Positions 1 through 9,036 of a DNA stretch of 64,000 bases are shown one piece after another. Position 1 is the first letter of the stretch; every line of letters begins with the position of its first letter. The stretch comes from Candidatus Delongbacteria bacterium (GTDB lineage: Bacteria; UBA4055). The notes under the pieces were generated by a model. The model was not told where the DNA came from. It saw nothing but the letters and a program-made list of their open reading frames with translations, and did not search any database. Made by a program: the position numbers and the translations under genes. The stretch spans positions 1,734 through 65,733 of the forward strand of contig JAFGUZ010000169.1 in the NCBI GenBank assembly GCA_016938275.1, in the 5' to 3' direction.

Positions 1-764
1 GTATCAGTACCTATAGTTCCAGTTCCTGATCCTCCGTTCACTGAAGTTACTTTGAAAGAATATTCTCCTTCAGAACCGGTAAAAAATTCCCCATATGAAC
101 TCATTTCAGCAGTTCCAATATTGTCTTCTGAAGTTCTTACATCTGAAATTGCGACATCCCTAAAACTGTTTTTTAGTACAGCAGTACCACCTAGCTCAAT
201 TTGTGAATCTAGTCCAGACTCTTTCGAAGTTAAAATAAGTCTATAATTTTCACCATCATTCATTATCGATGCTACAATGTCACTATCTGTATTATTATTG
301 ATCAATTTTTTAAGATCAGAAAGATTTGTAGAAGTTGTCACATTCAGTGTTATGGTTTCTTCGCTGCTTCCAGTGATAGTAAATGTACCAGCTGAATCAA
401 ATATAGGATCAGAAGTAGTTTCATATCCCTCTGAAATCAGCTTATGACCATTTGCTAATTGCTTGATTTCAACTGAATAAGTACCTGGTGTTGCACTTTC
501 TGAGGCTGTAACTCCCAGAAAATCACCGTCTGATGAAGATGCTTGTTTTACGCTCATCTCACCAAGAGTATCCATACTTTCCAGTGTTGTCTTTAAAGCC
601 GCTAGTTGAGTGTTAATTTGGGACCAGGCTGATTTTTTTGATTCATACTCTTTGACACGCTCTTGCTTTTTATAAAGCGGCTGTTTCTCAATCTCCATTA
701 ATTGATCGACAGTATCTTTCCACTGTATACCGGAACTTAAACCTGTTATTTGCGTGTCAGCCAT
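1..764 (-). CDS. fliD: Flagellar filament cap protein FliD, 5' part (runs off the window)
   Basis: Manual translation from ATG at 764: MADTQITGLSSGIQWKDTVDQLMEIEKQPL...ATPGTYSVEIKQLA, a FliD N-terminal signature. Lies downstream of flagellin. Not in the ORF track because it has no stop codon in the window. Confidence 0.92.
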   Translation of the reverse strand, partial: MADTQITGLSSGIQWKDTVDQLMEIEKQPLYKKQERVKEYESKKSAWSQINTQLAALKTTLESMDTLGEMSVKQASSSDGDFLGVTASESATPGTYSVEIKQLANGHKLISEGYETTSDPIFDSAGTFTITGSSEETITLNVTTSTNLSDLKKLINNNTDSDIVASIMNDGENYRLILTSKESGLDSQIELGGTAVLKNSFRDVAISDVRTSEDNIGTAEMSSYGEFFTGSEGEYSFKVTSVNGGSGTGTIGTD

Positions 765-785
765 AATAATCTCCAGTTTAGGTAA

Positions 786-812
786 TTATCGGCAATAAAT
801 ACCTAATACTTA
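786..812 (-). promoter_or_regulatory. Sigma28 (FliA) promoter for fliD
   Basis: Minus strand TAAG-N15-GCCGATAA, about 20 nt upstream of the fliD ATG. Confidence 0.85.
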
Positions 813-821
813 AATCAGCCA

Positions 822-1709
822 TTATCCGATAAGCTGTGCAACCATCTGAGGTATCTGATTTGCCTGTGTTAACATACTGATACCAGAATTGAATAGAATT
901 TGAGCTCTGGTAAAGTTTGCCATTTCTAGGGCAATATCTGCATCTCTTATCTGAGTTTCAGATGATTGAGCATTTTCTTTAGAAACTTGTAACTCAGTAA
1001 TTGTACTTTGAAGTCTGTTTACTAAAGCTCCGATAAATGTTCTTGTAGTATCTTTAGACTCAATGGCACCATCAATCATATCAATAGCTGATTGGGCTGC
1101 TGCTGTATCAAGAATATCTGTATCGGCAATACCCAGATCTTCTGCTCTAGCACCAGCAAGATTAACATAGTAATAATCATTATTGACTTCGTTATTTGCT
1201 CCAATATGAAATTTTAGAGATCTTCCATTAGCTTTCGAAGAAGTCAGGTTTCCTAACTCACCACCCATTGTTTCACTAGCTGACAATGAACCATCAATAA
1301 GTGGAAAAGTGTTATAGTTTGTTACATTTGCGATTCTGGTGATTTCAGACTTTAATTGCTGAAATTCCACATCAAGAAACTCTCTGTCACTTTCAGTTAA
1401 TGCTCCGTTTGAAGCTTGTACAGCAAGTGATCTCATCCTGATTAGCTTTTCATCTATTACAGATAAAGCTCCTTCCGCCGTTGCAAGCAGATTGATGTTG
1501 TAATTCGCATTTCTTTCAGCTTCCACCATACCGGAAATTTGTGCTCTAAATCTTTCTGAAACAGCTAAACCAGCCGGATCATCCCAAGAACTATTGATTC
1601 TTAGTCCGGAAGAAAGTTTATTTACTGCTGAATCTAAAGAATTCTGAGACTGTCCGATATATCTTTGGGCAGACATCGACAGGATGTTGTGATTTATCCT
1701 GGTACTCAT
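822..1709 (-). CDS. fliC: Flagellin
   Basis: N-terminal RINHN...KLSSGLRINSSWDDPAGLAVSE and C-terminal IRDADIALEMANFTRAQIL...QANQIPQ flagellin motifs; AGGAGG RBS. Confidence 0.97.
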   Translation of the reverse strand: MSTRINHNILSMSAQRYIGQSQNSLDSAVNKLSSGLRINSSWDDPAGLAVSERFRAQISGMVEAERNANYNINLLATAEGALSVIDEKLIRMRSLAVQASNGALTESDREFLDVEFQQLKSEITRIANVTNYNTFPLIDGSLSASETMGGELGNLTSSKANGRSLKFHIGANNEVNNDYYYVNLAGARAEDLGIADTDILDTAAAQSAIDMIDGAIESKDTTRTFIGALVNRLQSTITELQVSKENAQSSETQIRDADIALEMANFTRAQILFNSGISMLTQANQIPQMVAQLIG

Positions 1710-1765
1710 AATTCCTCCTGATGCATCTATTTTAATTTTTCGTCATCACATTTCATTCGCTATTT

Positions 1766-1782
1766 TGCAAATCATATGCCAA
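1766..1782 (-). promoter_or_regulatory. Sigma54 (-24/-12) promoter for flagellin
   Basis: Minus strand TTGGCAT-ATGAT-TTGCA matches TGGCAC-N5-TTGCW with exact spacing. Confidence 0.8.
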
Positions 1783-1870
1783 GGAATAAATAGTTGTGTT
1801 TATAAATCTTTTCAGCTTTGAATAATAGTAAAGTGTCAAACTTGTTCATTGTTTTTGGTATTTTATGTAT

Positions 1871-1898
1871 TAAAGATTAGAGCTAATTCTTCCGATAA
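1871..1898 (+). promoter_or_regulatory. Putative sigma28 promoter for the 65-aa ORF
   Basis: TAAAGATT-N12-TCCGATAA, about 25 nt upstream of the ATG at 1923. Confidence 0.65.
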
Positions 1899-1922
1899 TT
1901 AATTAACAGACAGGAGGAAAAA

Positions 1923-2120
1923 ATGGAACCAACCATAAACACTTCTGATCTGGCAGTCAGGGCGGCTGAGCGTCAAATGAAGAGTGTAGCTGATTTATAT
2001 CCTGTTCCTTCAAAACAGGAGTTAAATTCGAAAGAGAATGAAGAATTAAAACAGGATGAAATCGAAAAGGAAACTAAGATTAAAAGATCAGAGGATCACC
2101 GATTTGATGAGTATGCTTAA
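1923..2120 (+). CDS. Small flagellar-regulon protein (YjfB-like C-terminus)
   Basis: AGGAGG RBS, sigma28-like promoter and a downstream terminator; ends in FDEYA. Confidence 0.6.
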   Translation: MEPTINTSDLAVRAAERQMKSVADLYPVPSKQELNSKENEELKQDEIEKETKIKRSEDHRFDEYA

Positions 2121-2167
2121 CCTGTAATTAAAACTACTAGATTTGCCCTGATGGCGGATCGAATTGC

Positions 2168-2199
2168 AAAAACCGTCATTGTGAAAATGACGGTTTTTT
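2168..2199 (+). terminator. Intrinsic terminator
   Basis: AAAAACCGTCATT-GTGAA-AATGACGGTTTTTT hairpin with T tract. Confidence 0.8.
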
Positions 2200-2227
2200 G
2201 TTATTTTCATGAAAAACTAAATGGTGA

Positions 2228-3808
2228 ATGATGAAGACATTGATTATCAACCTTACAAGGATGGGCGATATATTGCAAACAGTACCATTATTAAGGAATC
2301 TAAAAGATAGGGGAGATGAAGTTCATTATTTAGCAGTAGAAGGGTTCGATACAATTCTGAAAACTTTTTCTCTAGTTGACACTATTCATACTTTTTCTGT
2401 GGCAGATACGATATCAAATTTGATTGAGAACAAATTTGTTACCGTTTATAAAAAATTGTCTATTTTATTGGAAAGATTAAAAAATTTAAAATTTGATATC
2501 TGCATCAATCTAACACACACTGATGAATCTAGATATATAGCTGATTATTTGAATATTAAGGATACAAGAGGAATTGTTTCAAAAATGAGCGGAGATAGAT
2601 GTGTGAAGAATGATTGGGCTAATTATTTTTATGTCTCAAATCTCAACAGGAATTTTAATAGAATAAATATAATAGACCTATACAATATGATTGGAGATTT
2701 TTACAACACGAGGAAAATGATATCTTATATACCTGATAATGAATCCTTAATCAATGCTGAAAAGGTTACAAGAGGTGAAAAATATTTTTGTGTTCAACTT
2801 GGTGCATCAGTGGAAAGTAAAAGATGGAGCTCGGAAAATTTCATTCAAGTAGCAGAAAAAATTTATAATGAATTTAATATTATTCCTTGTTTTATAGGTA
2901 CAAAATCGGAGAAAGAGTTTTTTGATAAGATAAAAGATAAAATTACATTCAAATGCTATGATCTGTTTGGAAAAACAAGTGTAGATGAATTGGCTGGAGT
3001 TTTGAAAAAGTCAGAATTTTTACTTACAAATGATACAGGAACTATGCATATTGCAGCTGGGGTTGGGACAAGGATAATTGCTATATGTCTGGCAACAGCA
3101 TATGCTCATGAAACTTCGCCATATATTGAAGATTCTTATATTTTTGAAGCTGATATCTCATGTTCGCCATGTTCTCATCACGTCCAATGTACAAACCCTA
3201 TTTGTAAAGATATGATAAAAGCTGAATATGTATCAGATCTGATCTCAAAATTATTAGATAAAAAAGATATTGTTGTTGATTCTTTCAATAATGTCAATGT
3301 TTATAAAACTTATTTTGACGAATACAATAATCTTAGGTTGAAAAGATTAAACACAGGAAAAGAGGAAGACTCAATCAATAATATTTTTTATCACCTGTTT
3401 ATGAATACTTTTAAACATGATTCGTATGATGATATTTCACAGGAAAAATACATTGAAATTTTAAGGGTAAAATCAGATGGACAGATTGATAAGAGATATG
3501 AAGCTGATTTTCAGTATCTTTTGCAATGTTTTTATACAATAGAAAGACTTTATGAAGGATTCGAAGTTTCCTATAAAGAAAAGGACAGTAATAAAATTTC
3601 AGAAATAGCTGCAGAAATTGAAATCATAGTGAAGGATATTGTTAATTTTGGATTGGCTAAAGACTTTATAAGACCATTAACTTCAATATTTCAATTCGAT
3701 AAAGAAAATATGGATTTTACAACTTTTGAAGAGTTTATTAGTATGAATGTGAAAGTAAATAAAAAATTTATTTTTTGGCTTAAAATAATTATTGATTTAA
3801 TACATTAA
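2228..3808 (+). CDS. Glycosyltransferase family 9 (heptosyltransferase-like) with C-terminal extension
   Basis: RMGDILQ, QLGAS..KRW, TNDTGTMHIAAG and CSPC motifs. Confidence 0.88.
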   Translation: MMKTLIINLTRMGDILQTVPLLRNLKDRGDEVHYLAVEGFDTILKTFSLVDTIHTFSVADTISNLIENKFVTVYKKLSILLERLKNLKFDICINLTHTDESRYIADYLNIKDTRGIVSKMSGDRCVKNDWANYFYVSNLNRNFNRINIIDLYNMIGDFYNTRKMISYIPDNESLINAEKVTRGEKYFCVQLGASVESKRWSSENFIQVAEKIYNEFNIIPCFIGTKSEKEFFDKIKDKITFKCYDLFGKTSVDELAGVLKKSEFLLTNDTGTMHIAAGVGTRIIAICLATAYAHETSPYIEDSYIFEADISCSPCSHHVQCTNPICKDMIKAEYVSDLISKLLDKKDIVVDSFNNVNVYKTYFDEYNNLRLKRLNTGKEEDSINNIFYHLFMNTFKHDSYDDISQEKYIEILRVKSDGQIDKRYEADFQYLLQCFYTIERLYEGFEVSYKEKDSNKISEIAAEIEIIVKDIVNFGLAKDFIRPLTSIFQFDKENMDFTTFEEFISMNVKVNKKFIFWLKIIIDLIH

Positions 3809-3842
3809 ATCTTATTTTATTGGATTAAAATTGGAGAATTAA

Positions 3843-4487
3843 TTGGCAAAGAGAAGAGGGACTGGAAAGAAGGGTTCTACAAGAAAACCTAAAAAGAAGA
3901 AAAGTAACATAAACCTGCTGTTTGTTTTTATAATTATTGTCCTTATAGCAATTATTTTGTTTCTTTTTTACAGTACTAGAATAACAGATATTGAACAACC
4001 TAAACCCAAAGTAATAACTAAAGAGCGTACAATACAAAAAGATAATGGAGCAGTTAATCGTCTGGAGATTTTTTATCAAAGTATAAGCCAGTATTCGAGA
4101 AAATTCCATACTCTTTCATTTGGAATGGGTAAAGACCCCATTAAGGATAATAAAACAGATAATTCTCATCTTATATTCAGAATTTTAGAACAATCTGCAA
4201 AAAAAGCAGGTTATAATTATCCGACATATCTCACCGTGGATCAACTCTTAGAAAGATCGACTGAAGTAAATATTTCAGAAGTAAGAAATGGAGACCTGAT
4301 AAAAACAAAAGACAATTCAATAGCTTTGGTTTTTGATCTGGAGCAGAAAGATGGATTTAGCGTGGTTTATGCTTCTGAAAAAAATAATGGTGTTGTCATC
4401 GTTGAAAGTAGAGATCTAAGGAAGTATTGGTTAAACCCAGACTACTTTACAGGTTTTTATAGAATTAGTGAAGAATTGTTTAGATGA
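3843..4487 (+). CDS. Membrane-anchored protein with degenerate NlpC/P60-like domain
   Basis: Basic N-terminus, one TM helix, then TDNSHLI, GDLI and YW...YFTGFYRI resembling NlpC/P60 motifs. Confidence 0.5.
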   Translation: MAKRRGTGKKGSTRKPKKKKSNINLLFVFIIIVLIAIILFLFYSTRITDIEQPKPKVITKERTIQKDNGAVNRLEIFYQSISQYSRKFHTLSFGMGKDPIKDNKTDNSHLIFRILEQSAKKAGYNYPTYLTVDQLLERSTEVNISEVRNGDLIKTKDNSIALVFDLEQKDGFSVVYASEKNNGVVIVESRDLRKYWLNPDYFTGFYRISEELFR

Positions 4488-5599
4488 TGAAGATTTTATT
4501 CATAGGTTTAGATCCCATTAAGTTTGATGCTAGAGCTATGAGAAGTTGTATTTCAGCATCCCAGAATGGTTGTGATGTTAATTTTATTGGCTGTTCGTCT
4601 TACAAAGATAGATCGGAAGATTCTAGATTCAATATCCATGAGATACATTTTATAAACTCCTTCCCATTGAGCATGAAAATGATAATATTTTGGGTTTATA
4701 CCTTTTATCTAGGATTTAAGTTGTTAGTAAATAAAAATAAGTTTGATTTGATAGTCTCCTTGGATATCTATCCTCTTTTGCCGTCATACCTATTAAAAAT
4801 AATCTATAGATCTAAATTTGTTTATGATATACATGAATATTGGCGAGGTCATACATCATTCAAAAAAGGTAGTTTGAAATATTATATATGGACTTCGTAT
4901 GAAAATTTTTTTATTAGTAAAACTGATTACAATATTACAGTTGGTAATTTTCTTTCGGAAAAATTAGCTAATGATTATAAAGTTGTTAAACCAAGAGTCC
5001 TTCCAAATATACCTATGTCTAAACCTGAGTTAAGAAATGATTATTTAAGAGAAAAATTTAAACTTGATTCTAATACTTTTATTTATATTTATCAGGGAAC
5101 TATTTATAAAGGTGAGTCATACAGAAAAATTATAGATACGATAAATAAAATCGATAATTGTGCTCTTGTTTTCATAACTCATAAACCGGACAGAGTTGAG
5201 GAGTTAAAGCAGTATGCTAAACATAACAATATTGATAATGTCTACTTTCACGAAGGAGTAGTAAGCGAAAAACTTTTAAAAATAACAGCTTCAGCAAACT
5301 GTGGCTTAACTATTCTAGACAATCTTGGAGATACTTTCTATTATAGTGTACCAAATAAAATGTATGAGTTTATTTTAGCTGGAATACCACAAATATCTTC
5401 TAATTTCCCTGAGATGATTGAAATAGTAGAAAAAAATGAAATTGGAATAACCCTAAATCCAGATATGCCAGTTTATCTTGATAGTTTCAATAGAATTAGA
5501 AATGATATCAATTTTTACAAAAAGCTCGTTTCAAACGTAAAAAACATCCAAAATGATTTTTCATGGGAAAGAATATTTGTTGAAGTTTATGAGCTTTAA
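4484..5599 (+). CDS. Glycosyltransferase family 4
   Basis: YDIHE, YQG and PNKMYEFILAGIPQISSNFP motifs; overlaps the upstream stop by 4 nt. Confidence 0.88.
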   Translation: MMKILFIGLDPIKFDARAMRSCISASQNGCDVNFIGCSSYKDRSEDSRFNIHEIHFINSFPLSMKMIIFWVYTFYLGFKLLVNKNKFDLIVSLDIYPLLPSYLLKIIYRSKFVYDIHEYWRGHTSFKKGSLKYYIWTSYENFFISKTDYNITVGNFLSEKLANDYKVVKPRVLPNIPMSKPELRNDYLREKFKLDSNTFIYIYQGTIYKGESYRKIIDTINKIDNCALVFITHKPDRVEELKQYAKHNNIDNVYFHEGVVSEKLLKITASANCGLTILDNLGDTFYYSVPNKMYEFILAGIPQISSNFPEMIEIVEKNEIGITLNPDMPVYLDSFNRIRNDINFYKKLVSNVKNIQNDFSWERIFVEVYEL

Positions 5600-5875
5600 A
5601 TTTTCATAGTTTATTTTTTTAATTTTAGAACCATTTTATCTTTTTAAAATGTTAATCATTATTGTACTCATTATTGGATGAGAAATTTTATAAGATAAAC
5701 TTCATAATCAATTGGAATCATAAATTCGACAATATTTACATTTTATATTTACGAATAATATCTCCATTTTCTGATTCTGAAATCTCACTGTAGACACCCA
5801 GTCAATTTCCCGTCAAGATTGAATCTCCTAAATCTAAAATTAATTTATATGTATCAACCAAAGCAAAGTTGTCAC

Positions 5876-7351
5876 TCATTTCATTAAAATCATCTTCTTA
5901 AACTCAACATTTGACTCTGATTTTAAGCAACAAAAATATACTCCGCTAGAAATATCCTTGTTGAGCCAAGTAAAAGTATGAGAACCTTTTGTAGCTATAC
6001 CAGAATAGATGATATCAATTTCGCTTCCTGAATCATTAAAAACTGATAGTCTGACCATTTCTGTTCTTTCCAGTTCAAATCTTAGATTTGTCTCAGGATT
6101 AAACGGATTCGGATAATTTTGTTTTAATTTATTAGTATTTGGAAGGTTTTCATATATCTTAACAGGATTATCTTCATATTTCACCAGCCAAAAATCATAT
6201 GCTCCATTACCAAAACTATTAGTAAATCCTGTGATGATAAATTGATTATCTGTGATGTGTTTTATTGATCTGAAACTATCGCTACCTTCACCTCCTAGAG
6301 TGACATTGTATACTTCATTACCTTCAAGATCGTATTTAAGAACATATCCATCAGTTGTGCAATTTAATGGATGGTTATAACTTCCAGCAACTAAAATTCC
6401 ATCTTCAGTGGCTTCACATACAGTATAACCATAATCGTAAAAACTACCTATTTCTTTATTTCTTTTCCATATGAGATTCAAATCTGTATCAATTTTAATT
6501 ACGCCAATATCCATAGGATCCACACCTTCTTTTGAAGTAGAACCACTTATGCATAAATTACCATCAGATAATGAACAAATGGAATAACCAGTATCATAGT
6601 CTATCTGACCACTTCCCATAACCCAGTAAGCATTTTCAGAAACAAGATTACCATTCAGATCTGTTTTAAAAACTGCTACTTCTTTATTGTTTCCAGATGA
6701 ATTTCCTGGTGTATCAAACTTTGCAGTAGACCCTGTTGAATAATAGAACCCATTAAATTCAGTAGTACAATATCCTAGATCAGAACTTGGACTTCCAAAA
6801 GTTTTAGTCCATAATGTATCTCCATATGTGTCGAATTTTAACAACCATAGATCGCCCTCTCCTTGACCAAATGATTCTGTGGTTCCAGTAACTAGATAAT
6901 TATTATCACTGGTTTTGATAATTTTTTCTGCGAAATCGTTTTTCTCGCCACCAAATTGATAAAGCCAATCATAATTTCCTTCATGATCAAAATGAGCAAT
7001 AAAAAGATTAAATGAACTTCCTAAGCTTCTATCAATAATTCTGCCAGATATTGTAAAACCTTCATTTGAGATATCATTAACTACTGAGTTTCCGAATATC
7101 CACCCATCGATTTCATGTTTTTTTAGCCATAACTGATTACCATCTTCATCAGTTTTGATTAAGCTTAAATCTGTCTTTAAGTCATTAGGGTTATAGCTAT
7201 AACCAATCATCAAGAAATTGTTATCATCAGTAATAACGATATCTCTTGCTCCATCTGATAATTCAGTACCAAATGTTTTACTCCATATAAAGTTATCAGC
7301 TACGGCAAAATATTTAACAAGTAAAATTAAAAATATTATAGACTTCAGCAT
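5876..7351 (-). CDS. Secreted beta-propeller-like protein with T9SS/Por-type C-terminal domain
   Basis: Signal peptide, repeated W.KTFG/GG..D motifs, QNYPNPFNP...SGVYF...KKMILMK. Confidence 0.85.
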   Translation of the reverse strand: MLKSIIFLILLVKYFAVADNFIWSKTFGTELSDGARDIVITDDNNFLMIGYSYNPNDLKTDLSLIKTDEDGNQLWLKKHEIDGWIFGNSVVNDISNEGFTISGRIIDRSLGSSFNLFIAHFDHEGNYDWLYQFGGEKNDFAEKIIKTSDNNYLVTGTTESFGQGEGDLWLLKFDTYGDTLWTKTFGSPSSDLGYCTTEFNGFYYSTGSTAKFDTPGNSSGNNKEVAVFKTDLNGNLVSENAYWVMGSGQIDYDTGYSICSLSDGNLCISGSTSKEGVDPMDIGVIKIDTDLNLIWKRNKEIGSFYDYGYTVCEATEDGILVAGSYNHPLNCTTDGYVLKYDLEGNEVYNVTLGGEGSDSFRSIKHITDNQFIITGFTNSFGNGAYDFWLVKYEDNPVKIYENLPNTNKLKQNYPNPFNPETNLRFELERTEMVRLSVFNDSGSEIDIIYSGIATKGSHTFTWLNKDISSGVYFCCLKSESNVEFKKMILMK

Positions 7352-7353
7352 AA

Positions 7354-7998
7354 TTACTTTCCTTTCCTTAAGTTTCGACTATTTTCAAGTGCATTTACTA
7401 AAGCATTGAAAATTTGCTCGTTGTAGAATTGACCTCTAGTAGAAGTAACAATATTTCCATCGACAACTGGTAAAATATTTTGTCCATCATAGATACCACC
7501 AGCAGCCAAAACCTCATTTAGAAATATATTTCCATTTCCAGCTTTGCCTGTTACGTGCTTTCCATTGATTACATCTGCTGCTGCAAGTACTCTCATTCCT
7601 GCACATGTTGCTGAAACTACTAAACCAGCTTCATTTGCATTGTGAATAAGTTCAAGACATTCTGGTGAATTTTTAAGATCCATATAGGCTGTACTTCCTA
7701 CCACTAACCAACTACTTGAAGCAACTACAACACAATCATAAACCGTAACATCTGTTATATCTGAGATCTTTATATCTACAGGATAAGAGTTGCTCCCCTG
7801 ACTTGAACTGTAGTTACATGGCTGAACGGTACTATCTACAGCTGTTAAAGTTACTTCCCATCCATAACTATCCATCATCTCACGTATAAGATGAGTGTTT
7901 AATCCAAAATACTTCGGAAGAATTACCAAAGCTTTAACATTCTCTGCCACTATTGTTGAAACAAACAACAGAGTTAATACTACTACACTTACTTTCAT
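7354..7998 (-). CDS. Exported DJ-1/PfpI family protein
   Basis: ATCAG nucleophile elbow, GKHVTG and VVDGNIVTS; AAGGAG RBS supports the ATG at 7998, followed by a signal peptide. Confidence 0.8.
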   Translation of the reverse strand: MKVSVVVLTLLFVSTIVAENVKALVILPKYFGLNTHLIREMMDSYGWEVTLTAVDSTVQPCNYSSSQGSNSYPVDIKISDITDVTVYDCVVVASSSWLVVGSTAYMDLKNSPECLELIHNANEAGLVVSATCAGMRVLAAADVINGKHVTGKAGNGNIFLNEVLAAGGIYDGQNILPVVDGNIVTSTRGQFYNEQIFNALVNALENSRNLRKGK

Positions 7999-8025
7999 AA
8001 GCACTCCTTTCAATCTTTTAAACAA

Positions 8026-8056
8026 AATCTAAAAAGACTGACACAGTGTACGTCAA
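8026..8056 (-). promoter_or_regulatory. MerR-type promoter (19-bp spacer) for the DJ-1/CTD operon
   Basis: Minus strand TTGACG-N19-TAGATT containing the ACAC-T-GTGT dyad. Confidence 0.75.
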
Positions 8057-8077
8057 TAACAATTTTTTTTCTGAGAC

Positions 8078-8108
8078 TTGACAAACACGGTGTCAGAGAT
8101 GTTATAAT
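8078..8108 (+). promoter_or_regulatory. MerR-type promoter (19-bp spacer) for 8139-10935
   Basis: TTGACA-N19-TATAAT containing the ACAC-G-GTGT dyad. Confidence 0.8.
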
Positions 8109-8138
8109 TTTCTATATTACTATTTAAGGATTGGAGAT

Positions 8139-9035
8139 TTGATGAAAAAAATTGTAGTGTCGACTTTTGTTGGGAATAAACAAGACCTAAATGATACATT
8201 ATTGATGGCTGAAAGTGTGAAGAGATTTTCTATAAATGAAGATATTCTAATACTTGTTTATTACGCGAGTTGTTTACAGGTAGATAAGCATCTGGAACAG
8301 GTATTTGAAAATTTAAATATTCAAGCGGAAAGTCTAAAACTTGACCAAAAAATCTTAGATTTTCCTTATGCTGCGAAAGTTTTTGCGTCCTCTTCTGCAG
8401 AAAAAATTGCTCTTGCAAATGATATGGATTTAATCTGGATTGATCCTGATAATATATTTCTAAAATCACTTAAATTGATAAAAATCCCTGAAAGCAAGAA
8501 GATAGGATTAAGACCAGTATACTTACTAAATATTGGATCGAAGATAAATGAAGAGCCGAATGATTTCTGGAAATTTATTTATAGAGATTGCAGAACAGAT
8601 ATTTCAAAGATTTTTCCAGTTGAAACGATAGTAGATAAAAAAATAGTTAGAAATTACTTCAATGTAGGTTTTATGTACATTAAACCTAAGTATGGAATTT
8701 TAAATAAGTGGGCTTCAAACTTTAGAAAAGTATTGTATAATGAAAATTATACACGTTTTTATTCTGATAATCTCTATAAAGTTTTTGTTCATCAGGCTGT
8801 TTTTTCAGCAACTTTATCCGAGCTTTACGATAAAAATGATATTGAAATTTTTGATAAAAGCTTTAGTTTCTCTCTCTATTTTCATGGTAAAAATCCAAAT
8901 ACAACAAATGAATTCTCTGAAGTATTTAACTTAAGACATGAATGGTTTTGGAATATTCATAACTGGGAAAAAATACTACCATTTAGTCCTGAGATAAATA
9001 CTTGGATAATCGATAAAAGAAAATTATGGAGTTAA
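8139..9035 (+). CDS. Hypothetical protein, GT-A/GT8-like
   Basis: WIDPD DxD-like motif, YFNVG and HQA motifs; GGAG RBS. Confidence 0.55.
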   Translation: MMKKIVVSTFVGNKQDLNDTLLMAESVKRFSINEDILILVYYASCLQVDKHLEQVFENLNIQAESLKLDQKILDFPYAAKVFASSSAEKIALANDMDLIWIDPDNIFLKSLKLIKIPESKKIGLRPVYLLNIGSKINEEPNDFWKFIYRDCRTDISKIFPVETIVDKKIVRNYFNVGFMYIKPKYGILNKWASNFRKVLYNENYTRFYSDNLYKVFVHQAVFSATLSELYDKNDIEIFDKSFSFSLYFHGKNPNTTNEFSEVFNLRHEWFWNIHNWEKILPFSPEINTWIIDKRKLWS

Positions 9036-9036
9036 T

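Noticed and set aside
52..246. 64-aa plus-strand ORF
   Set aside because: Antisense shadow of fliD.
5789..5829. TGTAGACACCCAGTC... as a possible IS terminal repeat
   Set aside because: No partner repeat or transposase was found.
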